Source: a virus (lineage: Duplodnaviria; Heunggongvirae; Uroviricota; Caudoviricetes). Taken from it: 64,000 nucleotides of DNA. Under the pieces are notes generated by a model. The model ran no database searches. It worked only from the letters and a program-made list of their open reading frames with translations, and had not been told where the DNA came from. How positions within the stretch are numbered: position 1 is the first letter of the stretch; every line of letters starts with the position of its first letter. A program made the position numbers and the translations under genes. This document shows, in pieces, positions 39,001 through 48,751 of the stretch. Where the stretch lies: IMG/VR virus record IMGVR_UViG_3300024272_000009; one strand, 5' to 3'.

Positions 39001-41065
39001 TTTTAATTACAAATGGATTATCGGCAGTAGGCTCATCAAAGCCTTCTGGCATATCGCCGAGAGTAAGTGGTTCACTTTCGATTGGGTCACTTTCATTCTT
39101 CTTTTTCTTTGAAGTAGTAACTCTATAAGCTCCTTCAGAAAAGCTTGAATCAAAAGTAGTATTATAGTTAAATAATGGTACTCTACCAGCAAGTACATTA
39201 CGGAGAGCTAATTTATTATAAATCTTTTTAGCATCCTCGGAATTAAAGTATTTACTAATATAGTTACCTTCCTCATCTTTTGCCATTTCAAAACGGCCTG
39301 TTACTGCAGCCTCATCAGCTTCGAACCACTTAGAAGCAACAGCGTATTCCTTAATTTGAGCTGTACCGTCTAACTCGTCAATGCTCTCAAAAACAGAATA
39401 AGTTGTGTATAGGGCAGGTTCACTTAAAGATACTATTTTAATTCTTGGGTCGGCATTTTCAATAACTTCTACAATACTTTCAAAAGGAATTTCTTCACCA
39501 AAGTCAAGCTCACGCATATTAAAAGCATTAGCAAGAGCTATTTTAATAATTTCTTTTAGAATCTCTCCTTCTTCTACTGTAACTTTAACAGTAGTACCTA
39601 TCATAGCACTCAGTCTTAGATAGTTATTGATACTAACAACATCACCTACACGAGGAGGAATAATATTATGCGCGATAGTTTTAATATTAAGACTATTAAT
39701 CTGAGTTTCTACTGCAGTAAAACTTTTTGCACTATAAGTAAATGAGTCATCATAGACTTTTTGTATATCTTTTACATTGTTTTTAATCTGAGAATATGAT
39801 TTAAATGGGTACAAAACAAGGTCAAAGTAATTGATTGCCGGAGTCGTATCTTCTACTTCCACAGTCTCATCAGAATTTTTTAGTTTAAGAATTCTTGTTT
39901 CTGTTGTAGTTAAAGGAGTATCTTTATAGAAAATACCATTAGTATCGCAGCTACAAAGTGTAATAGCTCTATTTAAGTCATTACGAATATCAGTAACAAG
40001 TGCATTAGAAACAATAGCCTTACCATTACTGTCAGTAAGGGTATAAATCTTGTTCATGTAGTCTCTGCAAGTAACAAGAGTTTCAAAAGTACCTATAGTC
40101 TTTTTAAAGTTATTATAGGCCTGCTTAATTGTTTCAATATTTGCACCAGTGGTTGCCGCAAAGGTATTCTCAACATTAAAGTTCTCTGATGCTACGCCCT
40201 CCCAGGTGCTTGGTATCTCAAGATTAGTCAGGGTTCTTGGTGAAACATTTCCACCAGCACCACTTGTTCTTGTATAATAAATAAATAGACCTTCATTTAT
40301 CAAGTCACTATAGTCAGCAGGAAATTCAATGTATGGGCGGCTCTCATAGGAATCATAACCAAATTTAAACACACGAGATCCACGAGCTTGAATATTTAAG
40401 TTATCAACTCTCTCCCAGTGCGTACCGTCACACAAAGTTTCACCTTTACTATAAACGTTATAAACAAAAATACCATTTTCAGCTATTTGTGCTTCTGGTA
40501 AATAAAATCTATTATTTTCAGAGATATGCTCTGCGGTGATTACATTATTATCAGTAATACTTTCGCACTTAACAACCTGACCTTCCATACACTTAATTGT
40601 TATGTAAGGAGAAATGGTAGAAATATAATAAGGCTTTTGATTAGTAGTAAAATAACTAACGTCCTTATCAGCATTTGTAATTACCGTAAATTTTGGAATT
40701 TCCCAAAAACCATCCTCAGCATCGTCTTCTAACTTATGATATCTGATAGTGACATCTGTTTCTGCTGAACGATAATACTTGACATTATAACCAAGCATAT
40801 CACACAACTTACGCATAGAGTCTTCCTGTGCTGCAGTTGGCATAAATGCTTCAAGAGTATTCTTATCGATATTGTAGTTAAGCTTATCGGCAATACCAGT
40901 AAGTGCTTTAAGAATTACAATACCAGGGTCACTCTCATTTGTGCTGGTGGGATCCCAGCGTTCAGAAAGCTTTCCGGCTACATCAAGCAACTCATTCCAA
41001 ATCTGAACGAAATCCTTTTTTGTTGGGGATAAGTTTAAGGCTGCAACTTCGTTTTTTGTAAGCAT
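36032..41065 (-). CDS. Large baseplate wedge protein, gpJ/gp6-like
   Basis: N-terminal KDF..I, DPG, AQEDS..KL...LGY, TLVT..DY; 1677 aa. Confidence 0.8.
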   Translation of the reverse strand: MLTKNEVAALNLSPTKKDFVQIWNELLDVAGKLSERWDPTSTNESDPGIVILKALTGIADKLNYNIDKNTLEAFMPTAAQEDSMRKLCDMLGYNVKYYRSAETDVTIRYHKLEDDAEDGFWEIPKFTVITNADKDVSYFTTNQKPYYISTISPYITIKCMEGQVVKCESITDNNVITAEHISENNRFYLPEAQIAENGIFVYNVYSKGETLCDGTHWERVDNLNIQARGSRVFKFGYDSYESRPYIEFPADYSDLINEGLFIYYTRTSGAGGNVSPRTLTNLEIPSTWEGVASENFNVENTFAATTGANIETIKQAYNNFKKTIGTFETLVTCRDYMNKIYTLTDSNGKAIVSNALVTDIRNDLNRAITLCSCDTNGIFYKDTPLTTTETRILKLKNSDETVEVEDTTPAINYFDLVLYPFKSYSQIKNNVKDIQKVYDDSFTYSAKSFTAVETQINSLNIKTIAHNIIPPRVGDVVSINNYLRLSAMIGTTVKVTVEEGEILKEIIKIALANAFNMRELDFGEEIPFESIVEVIENADPRIKIVSLSEPALYTTYSVFESIDELDGTAQIKEYAVASKWFEADEAAVTGRFEMAKDEEGNYISKYFNSEDAKKIYNKLALRNVLAGRVPLFNYNTTFDSSFSEGAYRVTTSKKKKNESDPIESEPLTLGDMPEGFDEPTADNPFVIKIDDKGIIYTGQYQGTNEPEVDTDVNPDTEPAPIIYTKTYVPDTYSNGVIISNADNKITEITTSCKVNASETFNDVTGTSYQVSDVELSTGEFIRFRAKNFITTKTYPAYVNYHLALQNSTVSEAEAAEAKSLSSILSDNKENWQKVFDYFNGTTRTITLTQKVIYDPETESTTADTPMEDVDNPGVDPEYSFAEILMQSGCIKLSHGGVPEIGLCSEAGTEAETAPGNINVNNFKIKFTNGSDYIFTAGTFTDIKDKVNTYIIANAEDFKAVGADCYIKYTFEYVPFAHETLPKWNDFIKNDSLAISPVSEHGNYLFRAYGDGYTPGRGVMANTSKLISFTSSYFGLLDNYPTRLHGIYVATNLGVDAKANTISDNTEYMLRTGERLYIEYTPSSTAEDGSTKTGDAVQEIYEAGTIIRPLGFEAGLMDSTAYAESHTPFKEVVFNETNRIGMHSLGTNEQIEIRDFAKVTLNEETFKTSPVVYVYKNFECGELEKAEYNGGLRVNNSYTLKDGEYVFYTDENKAEYACFTSGTEIVLKGNTKIPQKDIIDIATILDNGPQDIPWTPLRLSGNDSIELVEYQYITLGPGDTLKNLTIVGSKDSRDNYLSSKWQYCDNVKYLPAGAEDPVSLAPISIYDDDSAGNGWEVCSILELNVSPNNPQTLRKTDKVTTSVTLKAANTTEETVLEPKEGYPISFKTNLACQTSGSSIKLSDLYNNPNNLDHFEVKVFADNAPSVIKTKPGTVIPYLETAGPVDMAKLPASIETLVTTYNKLWSAVGLKALATSTDDYENAIKFSVVTLPNTYGIFSIYLENSSNANTWIELLPGASLDNIELLNTSKTVEGNKIMLKAGLNCIKIASTCDLFIKTDSSSQGTLCFDNLRLIDVTDDNSMGLNIKQIGYFAIEESSGESQLLTDIRAIDKDGEFYYNVPVESSIAIDFDESSVTPDTLLNPFISYDINNINNNFVISKLDINQLSNGLQIARSSRIS

Positions 41066-41082
41066 CTTTATTTTCCCTTTCT

Positions 41083-41475
41083 TTATGCTATTTGACGAGA
41101 TTCATCAAACAATAGTAAATTAAATGTATTATGTGTATAGTCAATTTGGTTTATTCCAGAAAAACGGCAGTAAAGTTTACCTCGTTGTATATCTGATATA
41201 ATATCGATAGAATTTCTAGAAATTTTAATCTGTGGTAAAAAGATTGCTATTTGAGTATAAATTGTATCAATTAGCATATCCTTTAAAATATAGCTATTTT
41301 GATTAAACATATAATGTTTTAGCAAAATACCGAAATAAGGATCACACTCAAATTCTCCACGCTCTGACTGCAGGAGTAGGACGGCATTCTGTCTAGTTGC
41401 CTTACCGTATTCATCTTCTCGCCATACTTGCGAGCTATTTGAATTAAACATTTTTGGAAATTTATATGAACGCAT
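41083..41475 (-). CDS. gp25-like baseplate wedge/sheath initiator
   Basis: LLQSERGE..DPYFG, IYTQIAIFLPQI. Confidence 0.85.
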   Translation of the reverse strand: MRSYKFPKMFNSNSSQVWREDEYGKATRQNAVLLLQSERGEFECDPYFGILLKHYMFNQNSYILKDMLIDTIYTQIAIFLPQIKISRNSIDIISDIQRGKLYCRFSGINQIDYTHNTFNLLLFDESRQIA

Positions 41476-41489
41476 GTTAAGCTCCTATT

Positions 41490-42137
41490 TTAATTATTTG
41501 GATAAGTTTTATCTAATAAAACTTCTGGATAACTGCGCAACTTCTTTGAGCAGTTCTCACCACAAACATCGCACTGTTCATGTTCATTTTGATACAAGAA
41601 AGGCGTAGTAGACGGACCGACATCGAGGTCCCCATCGTCTATTTCAACATTTTCAGCTTTAAATTGCCACTGTGTCCAGTTCTTAAAACATCTAAAGTTA
41701 TCGTCTAATTGCTTTCTTGAATTTTTTGTAAGACGCTCCAACCATAAAATATAATCAGCAATATCTTTTGGAGTAGTAAAATTTTTATAGACATCCTGGT
41801 TTCCAGTTGAATATTTAAATAAAGTAGTTGCTGGTAAGGTGGCATCAGAGTTCACTTTTAATGAGTTAAAGTTTCCGCCACCACCGCGTGTACTAGCCTC
41901 AAATTGGCCTCCTCTAAATAGCTTACCTAAGATGATTGGCCGTTCAATCGCATTTTCCTCAAAGCCAATAAATACTATATCACCAGCAGTTAAGCCATTA
42001 TAAACACCTGGTGTAATATTAACAAGCGCAGTTGTTTCTACTATACTATTATTACCCGCTGATTCAAATAATGGTATTCTTACCATACAACGGTCACCTG
42101 TGCTATTAATCGACTGTACTATAGCTTTAGTAATCAA
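41490..42137 (-). CDS. Baseplate spike/puncturing protein with N-terminal OB fold (gp5/gpV-like)
   Basis: RCMVRIP, GDIVFIGFE...PIILG; TTG start with SD GGAGG. Confidence 0.7.
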   Translation of the reverse strand: MITKAIVQSINSTGDRCMVRIPLFESAGNNSIVETTALVNITPGVYNGLTAGDIVFIGFEENAIERPIILGKLFRGGQFEASTRGGGGNFNSLKVNSDATLPATTLFKYSTGNQDVYKNFTTPKDIADYILWLERLTKNSRKQLDDNFRCFKNWTQWQFKAENVEIDDGDLDVGPSTTPFLYQNEHEQCDVCGENCSKKLRSYPEVLLDKTYPNN

Positions 42138-42175
42138 ACCGACACCTCCTACTTAAATAAACTACGTTATCAAAT

Positions 42176-42184
42176 AATTTAGCA
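42176..42184 (-). promoter_or_regulatory. Putative late promoter TGCTAAATT heading the baseplate operon
   Basis: 39 nt before the spike gene. Confidence 0.7.
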
Positions 42185-42254
42185 AATAGATTTAATAAAA
42201 ATATAAAGTTAAACCATATTTATATTATACAGTTTAACTTTATATTATTAATTA

Positions 42255-44480
42255 TTAAATTTCATGGAAAGTTCGACTAATAACTTCTCTTTGCTGCTCT
42301 CTAGAAAGTGTATAGAATTTAACAGCATAGCCAGAAACTCTGATAGTAAGATTTGGATACTCCTCAGGATTCTCATATGCCTTCATCAAAGTTTCACGAT
42401 TCATTACATTTACATTGATATGATGTGCTTTTTGAGCAAAGTAACCACCGAGAATTGCAACCAAGTTATTAATTTGCGCTTCTTCGCTGTTTCCAAGCAT
42501 CTGCGGAATTATAGAAAAAGTATTAGAAATACCATCACGACAGTCATCATAAGAAAGTTTTGCGACTGAATTAAGAGAAGCAAGAGCTCCGTTTCTTTCG
42601 CGATTGTGCATAGGATTTGCTCCAGGTGCAAAAGGCGTGAAAGCGGGTCTACCGTCCGGGGTAGCTCCGGTATTTTTGCCATACATTACGTTTGAAGTAA
42701 TAGTAAGTATAGAAAGTGTGTGCTCTGCGTTTCTGTAGGCAGGCGTTTCCCTGAGCTCCTCTATCATCCTATGACACAAAGCCTTAGCAATATTATCTAC
42801 GCGGTTATCATCATTTCCGTATTTAGGAAAGTCACCGGTAGTCTCAAAATCAACTATAAAACCATTTTCATCCTTAATTGGCTTAACATTTGCATAGTAA
42901 ATAGCACTAAGTGAATCAGCAACTACAGAAAGTCCGGCTATTCCAAAAGCCATAAAACGATGAACGTCTGTATCGTGAAGAGCCATTTGAATTTTCTCAT
43001 AACAATACTTATCATGCATATAATGAATTACATTCATTGTATTTACGTAAAGATTACAGAGCCACTTCATATAAGTCTTAAACCGATCAACGACTTCAAG
43101 GTAGTCAAGTTTTTCAGTGTCCATAACGGGCATCTGAGGACCAATATGAATTCCACTTGTAGTATCATAGCCGCCATTGATAGCAACTAAGAGTAATTTT
43201 GCGAGATTACAACGAGCCCCGAAGAATTGCATTTGCTTACCTACTTTCATAGCAGAAACACAGCAAGCGATAGCATAGTCATCACCATAAATAGGACGCA
43301 TGATATCATCATTTTCATACTGAATTGAATCGGTATCAATAGAAACTTTAGCACAAAATCTCTTAAAATCTTCTGGAAGTTCCTCAGACCAAAGAACTGT
43401 TAAGTTAGGTTCTGGAGCCGGGCCAAGATTATAAAGAGTATTAAGTATACGGAAGCTACCTTTTGATACTAAAGTTCTTCCATCTTCTCCCATTCCGCCA
43501 ATTGCTTCAGTAATCCACATTGGATCTCCGCCAAAGAGCTCATTATACTCTGGTGTTCTGAGGTGTCTAGCGAGTCTCAACTTAATAACAAAGTCGTCAA
43601 TAAGCTCCTGTGCAGACTCTTCTGTAAGAATTCCGTTAGCAATATCTCTTTCAATATAAATGTCAAAGAAAGTGCTCACGCGTCCCAAAGACATCGCAGC
43701 GCCGTTTTGCTCTTTGATAGCAGCGAGATAAGCAAAGTAAGTCCACTGAATTGCTTCTTTTGCGTTAGAAGCTGGTGCACTGATATCATAACCATATCCC
43801 GCTGCCATTTCTTTTAGCAATTTAAGTGCCTTAATCTGCTGAGAGAGCTCTTCAGAAGCTCGCACTTTATCAGCGTCAAAGTTCCCGTTGAGGGCCTTTT
43901 TATCAATTACCTTCTCTTCAATGAGTCTGTCAACTCCATAAAGAGCAACACGACGATAATCTCCAATAATACGACCTCGGCCGTAAGCATCAGGAAGTCC
44001 AGTGATTATATGACTCTTTCTCGCTGCTCGCATTTCGTCAGTATAAGCACTAAATACTCCGTCATTATGAGTAATTCTGTCTTTAAATTTGTTTTCAATT
44101 TCTTCACTTACTTTATAACCGTAAGCTTCGCAAGCTTGTCTAGCCATTCGCATTCCGCCATATGGGTTAATACCTCTTTTTAGTGGCTTGTCTGTCTGAA
44201 GTCCGACAATAATCTCATTATCTTTATCAATATAGCCTGGCTGAAAACCTGTAATTGAAGTAATAGTTTCGGTATCCACCGCAAGAACTCCGCCATTCTG
44301 TCTTTCCAGTTTAAGCAGTTCTTGAATTATTTGTATCAACCACTTAGTTCTTGCGGTCGGTCCTGCAAGAAAGCTATTATCTCCTTCATAAGGAGTATAA
44401 TTAGTTTGAATAAAATTACGAACGTCTATGCTATTTTGCCAAGGCCCTGAGGCAAAGCCTGACCAGTTTACATGTTCCAT
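42255..44480 (-). CDS. pflB: Pyruvate formate-lyase (glycyl radical enzyme)
   Basis: [44 protein letters not shown]. Confidence 0.96.
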   Translation of the reverse strand: MEHVNWSGFASGPWQNSIDVRNFIQTNYTPYEGDNSFLAGPTARTKWLIQIIQELLKLERQNGGVLAVDTETITSITGFQPGYIDKDNEIIVGLQTDKPLKRGINPYGGMRMARQACEAYGYKVSEEIENKFKDRITHNDGVFSAYTDEMRAARKSHIITGLPDAYGRGRIIGDYRRVALYGVDRLIEEKVIDKKALNGNFDADKVRASEELSQQIKALKLLKEMAAGYGYDISAPASNAKEAIQWTYFAYLAAIKEQNGAAMSLGRVSTFFDIYIERDIANGILTEESAQELIDDFVIKLRLARHLRTPEYNELFGGDPMWITEAIGGMGEDGRTLVSKGSFRILNTLYNLGPAPEPNLTVLWSEELPEDFKRFCAKVSIDTDSIQYENDDIMRPIYGDDYAIACCVSAMKVGKQMQFFGARCNLAKLLLVAINGGYDTTSGIHIGPQMPVMDTEKLDYLEVVDRFKTYMKWLCNLYVNTMNVIHYMHDKYCYEKIQMALHDTDVHRFMAFGIAGLSVVADSLSAIYYANVKPIKDENGFIVDFETTGDFPKYGNDDNRVDNIAKALCHRMIEELRETPAYRNAEHTLSILTITSNVMYGKNTGATPDGRPAFTPFAPGANPMHNRERNGALASLNSVAKLSYDDCRDGISNTFSIIPQMLGNSEEAQINNLVAILGGYFAQKAHHINVNVMNRETLMKAYENPEEYPNLTIRVSGYAVKFYTLSREQQREVISRTFHEI

Positions 44481-44515
44481 AATAAAAGCCTCCTTTATAA
44501 ATTTTGTGGGTAATT

Positions 44516-44550
44516 AATTTAGCAAAGCTAACATAATATTATACAATAAA
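44516..44550 (-). promoter_or_regulatory. Tandem sigmaA-type and putative late promoters of pflB
   Basis: TTTATTGTATAATAT (44535-44550) followed by TGCTAAATT (44516-44524). Confidence 0.6.
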
Positions 44551-44593
44551 AATAAAAGAAAGCTGGCTATATAAAACCAACTTTCTTTTGCCT

Positions 44594-44806
44594 TTACTCC
44601 TTAACTTCAACAAGCTCGAAAGTAACGAGCTCAAGTGTACCGTGGTGTTCTCGACGGCCATAATAAGAAGTTCTATTGTTATAAGCATTAATAGCATTTA
44701 AACAGTTGCCACGCGTTTCCCAAAATTTACGTCCAGGATTTGTTATATCATTAACAAGCTTTCCTGTCGAGGTATCTCTAGCACCATAAAGAAATTTCTT
44801 ATCCAT
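44594..44806 (-). CDS. Hypothetical protein
   Basis: Coupled short ORF. Confidence 0.7.
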   Translation of the reverse strand: MDKKFLYGARDTSTGKLVNDITNPGRKFWETRGNCLNAINAYNNRTSYYGRREHHGTLELVTFELVEVKE

Positions 44807-45066
44807 TAGTCAATACACAAGGTATAACCCTTCGCCTCCGGCATATTATGTTCGATAAACTTATTAATATCGTGAATATATACAGGCTTGCCAGCAAGGT
44901 AGATATCGCCATATCCTACAATATCGAGTCCCGTAATTCCGTATCTATGAGCCCTGTCTCTCATTGCATCAGGGTCTTTACAAACAACAATGCAGTTTTC
45001 CGCAGAAGCTCTTTCAAGAAGTGCTCTAGTCTTTCCAGTTCCTTTTCCGCCACTAACAATAAACAT
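44806..45066 (-). CDS. Small P-loop-like hypothetical protein
   Basis: GGKGTGKT. Confidence 0.65.
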   Translation of the reverse strand: MFIVSGGKGTGKTRALLERASAENCIVVCKDPDAMRDRAHRYGITGLDIVGYGDIYLAGKPVYIHDINKFIEHNMPEAKGYTLCID

Positions 45067-45849
45067 TTAGTCAGTCTCCTTATTTAAAAAATTATCTTCA
45101 ATTACCAAAACATTTACTTTTCCTGTATGAGCTGTGCACTTATCAATTCCGATAATTTTCCAGTCATCATTTTTGTAAATGTCCCAGCAAGCATTTTCGC
45201 CGAACTCACTAAGCTCTCCGTCGCTGCTAATTAAGTGTCCCAAAGAGCAATGCCAATGACCAAATACAATATATTTACCGGTCCTATTCATACCGTCCTG
45301 AGCCTTAAAGAACGGATTTCCCCACATAGCTTCTTCCCACTCATTTCTTGTAGCCTCACGCCAGTCTTCCTTATATTCATAATACTTATTAAGCGTATGC
45401 CAAGGCTTACTAGCACCTTCCGTAATAGTAGGAATCCAACTATGTACAAATATATAATTCTCAGTTTCAAAATAGTTTACAAGTGAAGCACGATAGGCGG
45501 CTGTTCTATTCCAAGTATTTCTACAGCAGTCATCAAAAGGGTAGCCTTCTCCCGCACCGCCAATGTCATTTACGGTACGAGTAGTACCGTTAGAAAAGTC
45601 ATGACTATAAGGAAATTCTCTCATACAAAGGTCATCAAGTAGAAGGTCATGATTACCTTTTACGAGAATCTTTCTTTCAAGTGACATGAGAAAATGAAGT
45701 ACTTCTTCGCTCTCATGGCCTCTATCAAAAGCATCACCGCAAGAAATTAACCAATGCTCTGGATTATTTCGGTCAAAGCCGGCCTCATCTAAAGCTTTCT
45801 TCAGTGCAGAGTAATAAGAATGTATATCTGAAACGCAGAAAAATTTCAT
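45067..45849 (-). CDS. Calcineurin-like metallophosphoesterase
   Basis: SDIHS, CGDAFDRG, GNHD, FVH, FGHWH. Confidence 0.93.
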   Translation of the reverse strand: MKFFCVSDIHSYYSALKKALDEAGFDRNNPEHWLISCGDAFDRGHESEEVLHFLMSLERKILVKGNHDLLLDDLCMREFPYSHDFSNGTTRTVNDIGGAGEGYPFDDCCRNTWNRTAAYRASLVNYFETENYIFVHSWIPTITEGASKPWHTLNKYYEYKEDWREATRNEWEEAMWGNPFFKAQDGMNRTGKYIVFGHWHCSLGHLISSDGELSEFGENACWDIYKNDDWKIIGIDKCTAHTGKVNVLVIEDNFLNKETD

Positions 45850-46400
45850 CTCTTTGCCTCCGTAATAAAGGTTGCACTCTCATCTGCAACGTGAAGAAGC
45901 CAAGCTAAAGGACAATGCTCAAAAGCAGGTCCGATATTAGGGTTATCTTCCCAAGAGCCCATATGGCAATTAATAGCAACTGCTTCTTCAGGAGTCAGCT
46001 TAATAAAGTTCTGAAGAATAAATACTGACTTACTCCCGTGTCCGCCATAATGTAGCTTTTCATTATGAGTATAAGCCTCGTAAGGCTCCCACTTACCGTT
46101 TTCATCCTTACGGTAGCGGGTCTCTTTCTCATACATATTTACTTTACAAAGATCATGGAAAAGAGCTACGATAGCAACGCTTTCTTCAGATACCTGAATC
46201 TCAGGATAAATTGTAAGTAGCTTTACAAGGGCGTCGTATACGTTCAAAGAGTGCTCTACAAGCCCACCTTCATAAGAGCCATGATACTTTGCACTCGCCG
46301 GTGCAGTAAAGAAATCACTACTCTCGAGCCATTCAAAAAGTTCTGCTTTGCCTGTACGATTAAACGTACAAAGTGAAATAAATCTTTCTCTATTTGTCAT
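45846..46400 (-). CDS. HD-domain phosphohydrolase
   Basis: YHG...GGLVEHS, LFHDLCK, GHG, HMG, HVAD. Confidence 0.9.
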   Translation of the reverse strand: MTNRERFISLCTFNRTGKAELFEWLESSDFFTAPASAKYHGSYEGGLVEHSLNVYDALVKLLTIYPEIQVSEESVAIVALFHDLCKVNMYEKETRYRKDENGKWEPYEAYTHNEKLHYGGHGSKSVFILQNFIKLTPEEAVAINCHMGSWEDNPNIGPAFEHCPLAWLLHVADESATFITEAKR

Positions 46401-47222
46401 TTAGTTCTCCTTAGGAAGAAATCTTTCAATATAGTTTCGGTCCTGTGTAAAAATAGGACACTCTTTGTCAATATACCATTCAGTTCTTGCTGCGCCGTTT
46501 ACTTCGATAGCTCTCTTATAACAGCAGATACCACGCTTAAACTCAATAGGCATATCATTGAAATTAATGCCTTTCTGCCAAAGCATTTCCTGAATCATAT
46601 CAGTCTTCTTTTTATGCAATTCATTATGATTAAAATAAGTCTGGCCAAGCATCTGAATTGCGTTTCGAGTAGCATCTTCTTGCCTCCACACAAAGCAATT
46701 CACAACTTCAGAAGCAGGAATATTAAAGCAGCGAGCATCAAACATCGCACCCTTATCACAACACTTCTTTAGTGCTTCAGAATATCTTTTAATAGGCTCC
46801 TCAAAGTAATGATTACACCACAAATCAGATTTATGATAATCATCTACAAGCATATTAAATGACTTATTGAAAATCATTGTTGCCATAGAAGCCGCAACAG
46901 AGCAGATCTTTTGCACGTTATAATCAAAGAAGGCATCAGTAGTCAGAGTATCATAGTCAGTCAACAGAAGCGAAATTTCATCACTCTGCGTATAACCAAA
47001 CTTACAACCCTGAATATTTTTACAAAGATACTGCAAAGTAGAGTTCATTGCCTTATGAAAAATCTCATCGTAAGGCTTTTGCAAATTACTAGTAAAGCTA
47101 TGGAAAGCCTTACCGTCCAAACGAATAATACAAGGCGTACGTCGTGTCAGATAAGTTTTACTACGATTCTCGTAGTTTTCTTTCATACGATCGCCAAGAG
47201 AATCTTTTTTATTATTTCCCAT
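46401..47222 (-). CDS. thg1: Thg1-like tRNA guanylyltransferase / 3'-5' polymerase
   Basis: IIRLDGKAFHSFT, YTQSDEISL, FDAR, WRQEDATRN. Confidence 0.93.
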   Translation of the reverse strand: MGNNKKDSLGDRMKENYENRSKTYLTRRTPCIIRLDGKAFHSFTSNLQKPYDEIFHKAMNSTLQYLCKNIQGCKFGYTQSDEISLLLTDYDTLTTDAFFDYNVQKICSVAASMATMIFNKSFNMLVDDYHKSDLWCNHYFEEPIKRYSEALKKCCDKGAMFDARCFNIPASEVVNCFVWRQEDATRNAIQMLGQTYFNHNELHKKKTDMIQEMLWQKGINFNDMPIEFKRGICCYKRAIEVNGAARTEWYIDKECPIFTQDRNYIERFLPKEN

Positions 47223-47255
47223 TATTATATTTCCTTTACTTTTTATTATAATATA

Positions 47256-47810
47256 TTATACAATATCAGGAATAGCAATCTTTAGCTCAGAAATAAGTTC
47301 ATAAAAATCTTCCCACGAAACTACTCTAAAGTCTGCAACAGAAGTATTTTTATTGTAAGGCGCGTCAAAAACTACTTTAATTCCTTTAAAATTTACTAAG
47401 TTATGTTCAGCGTCGTCAAGCAGAAGATCACAATTAATAAGTGATTTATTATATGTAATAATTATATTTTCTTTTTTTAAAAAAGGAAAATGAGCAAAAA
47501 GGCATTTGTCTAACTTATACGGAAGTGTTCTATAATGAGAACTGGTAATTATATAAACTTCATCACCTTCAGAAATAAGCTTTTCAATAACTTCAACAGC
47601 GCCAGACTTAATAGAAACTTCATCCCAATACTCTGGTGTGTTCAAAGGCTCAAACAGCTCACGTTTTGATAATGTTGGAAATACTTTTTCAAGTTCCCAC
47701 TCGACTATATCAGATAACTGTACACTAGTTCCGTGCTTTCTATTAAGCCACTCAACCCAAGTAATAAGCATATCATTGATTGTTCCGTCGAAATCAAGTC
47801 CAATTACCAT
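47256..47810 (-). CDS. 5'(3')-deoxyribonucleotidase (HAD, NT5C-like)
   Basis: LDFDGT, LLLDD, FDAPYN. Confidence 0.88.
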   Translation of the reverse strand: MVIGLDFDGTINDMLITWVEWLNRKHGTSVQLSDIVEWELEKVFPTLSKRELFEPLNTPEYWDEVSIKSGAVEVIEKLISEGDEVYIITSSHYRTLPYKLDKCLFAHFPFLKKENIIITYNKSLINCDLLLDDAEHNLVNFKGIKVVFDAPYNKNTSVADFRVVSWEDFYELISELKIAIPDIV

Positions 47811-47834
47811 CTGCTTTTCTCCTAAAAATAAAAT

Positions 47835-47981
47835 TGGCCCACAACCCGGGATTCGAACCCAGATGATACACTCGTCAGCGCATCGCTGCTTCTCCGCGGT
47901 GCGTCTACACCAAAAGGACTTACAGTTAATTCTGCCTTTAGTCAGGACTTACATTTGTGTCGCCTGTTCCGCCAGTTGTAG
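47835..47981 (-). ncRNA. 147-nt tRNA-like RNA with an expanded core
   Basis: Acceptor CUACAAC/GUUGUGG + G + CCA; T arm CUGGG-UUCGAAU-CCCGG; D-like GCGGAACAGGCGACAC; ~94-nt interior with no clear anticodon arm. Confidence 0.55.
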
Positions 47982-48097
47982 ATATAGAAGCGGGGTGCCT
48001 TTACCTCAGCACCCCTTATAGAGGCCTCCCACCTAACCTCCATCGCAGTATGTCTCGTCTTCCTCGGCGATACCGAGCCTGCGCCCACGGCCATTAC

Positions 48098-48157
48098 TCA
48101 GCGTCCTGAGCAACCAATAATGTTGGGTGGAGTGTCCTCACAAATAACGAAGTACAT
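48098..48157 (-). CDS. Possible 19-aa micropeptide MYFVICEDTPPNIIGCSGR
   Basis: SD GGAG 9 nt upstream; not in the ORF track. Confidence 0.25.
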   Translation of the reverse strand: MYFVICEDTPPNIIGCSGR

Positions 48158-48192
48158 AAATAAGGTCTCCTTCCTCAAATAAAATATTTTGT

Positions 48193-48353
48193 AGGCTGTT
48201 CATCACACTCCATTTACCACAGCGCTTTTGACAATCCCGCAGAGGTTCCGCCCCGCTAAGTTTAAACGTGTTACACGGCCTGCTTGCACCCCGATTCATC
48301 CGGACATTTCGAGTGCCCTAGAGCTAACGGCTTAAGGATCCTTCGTGGCACCT
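48193..48353 (-). ncRNA. Scaffold-repeat unit 4 (161 nt)
   Basis: 5' AGGUGCCACGAAG ... GCUGUGGUAAAUGGAGUGUGAUGAACAGCCU 3'. Confidence 0.7.
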
Positions 48354-48463
48354 ACAATTAAATTGCTTGTTGCTGAGCACCCAAGCGAAGGTGAACGGGG
48401 AACTTCCCACGTCATTCGACTCAGCTGTATAAAATAAGGCTAGCTAATCCTACATTTTATACT

Positions 48464-48589
48464 AGGCTGTTCAACTCTCTCCATTTACCACAGCTTCTGC
48501 ATCCCGTCTTTCAGTCCCCGGCCGTGCTAGCTTCTTAGGCTGCTTTTGTTCCGGCTTACTAACTGAATCCATAGGGCTTCGTGGCACCC
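48464..48589 (-). ncRNA. Scaffold-repeat unit 3 (126 nt)
   Basis: 5' GGGUGCCACGAAG ... GCUGUGGUAAAUGGAGAGAGUUGAACAGCCU 3'. Confidence 0.7.
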
Positions 48590-48597
48590 CAAAAATC

Positions 48598-48740
48598 AGG
48601 CTGTTCATCAAACTCCATTTACCACTGCATTTTGTCGCCTCACAGAGCTTTATCTCGTTGACGGATTGGTTACCTTGTAAAACAACGAGCTAACTTCATC
48701 AAGAAGTATTCACTCCCAAGTTATTGGCATCGTGGCACCT
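48598..48740 (-). ncRNA. Scaffold-repeat unit 2 (143 nt)
   Basis: 5' AGGUGCCACGAUG ... GCAGUGGUAAAUGGAGUUUGAUGAACAGCCU 3'. Confidence 0.7.
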
Positions 48741-48751
48741 CTAAACATATC

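Noticed and set aside
42255-44480. Host contamination or prophage-host junction at pflB
   Set aside because: Same strand, same promoter motifs and terminator style as the flanking phage genes; no integrase or att site seen.
47835-48190. Canonical tmRNA or RNase P RNA
   Set aside because: No G3:U70 alanine identity, too short for tmRNA, and RNase P CR-I/CR-V motifs are only partially matched.
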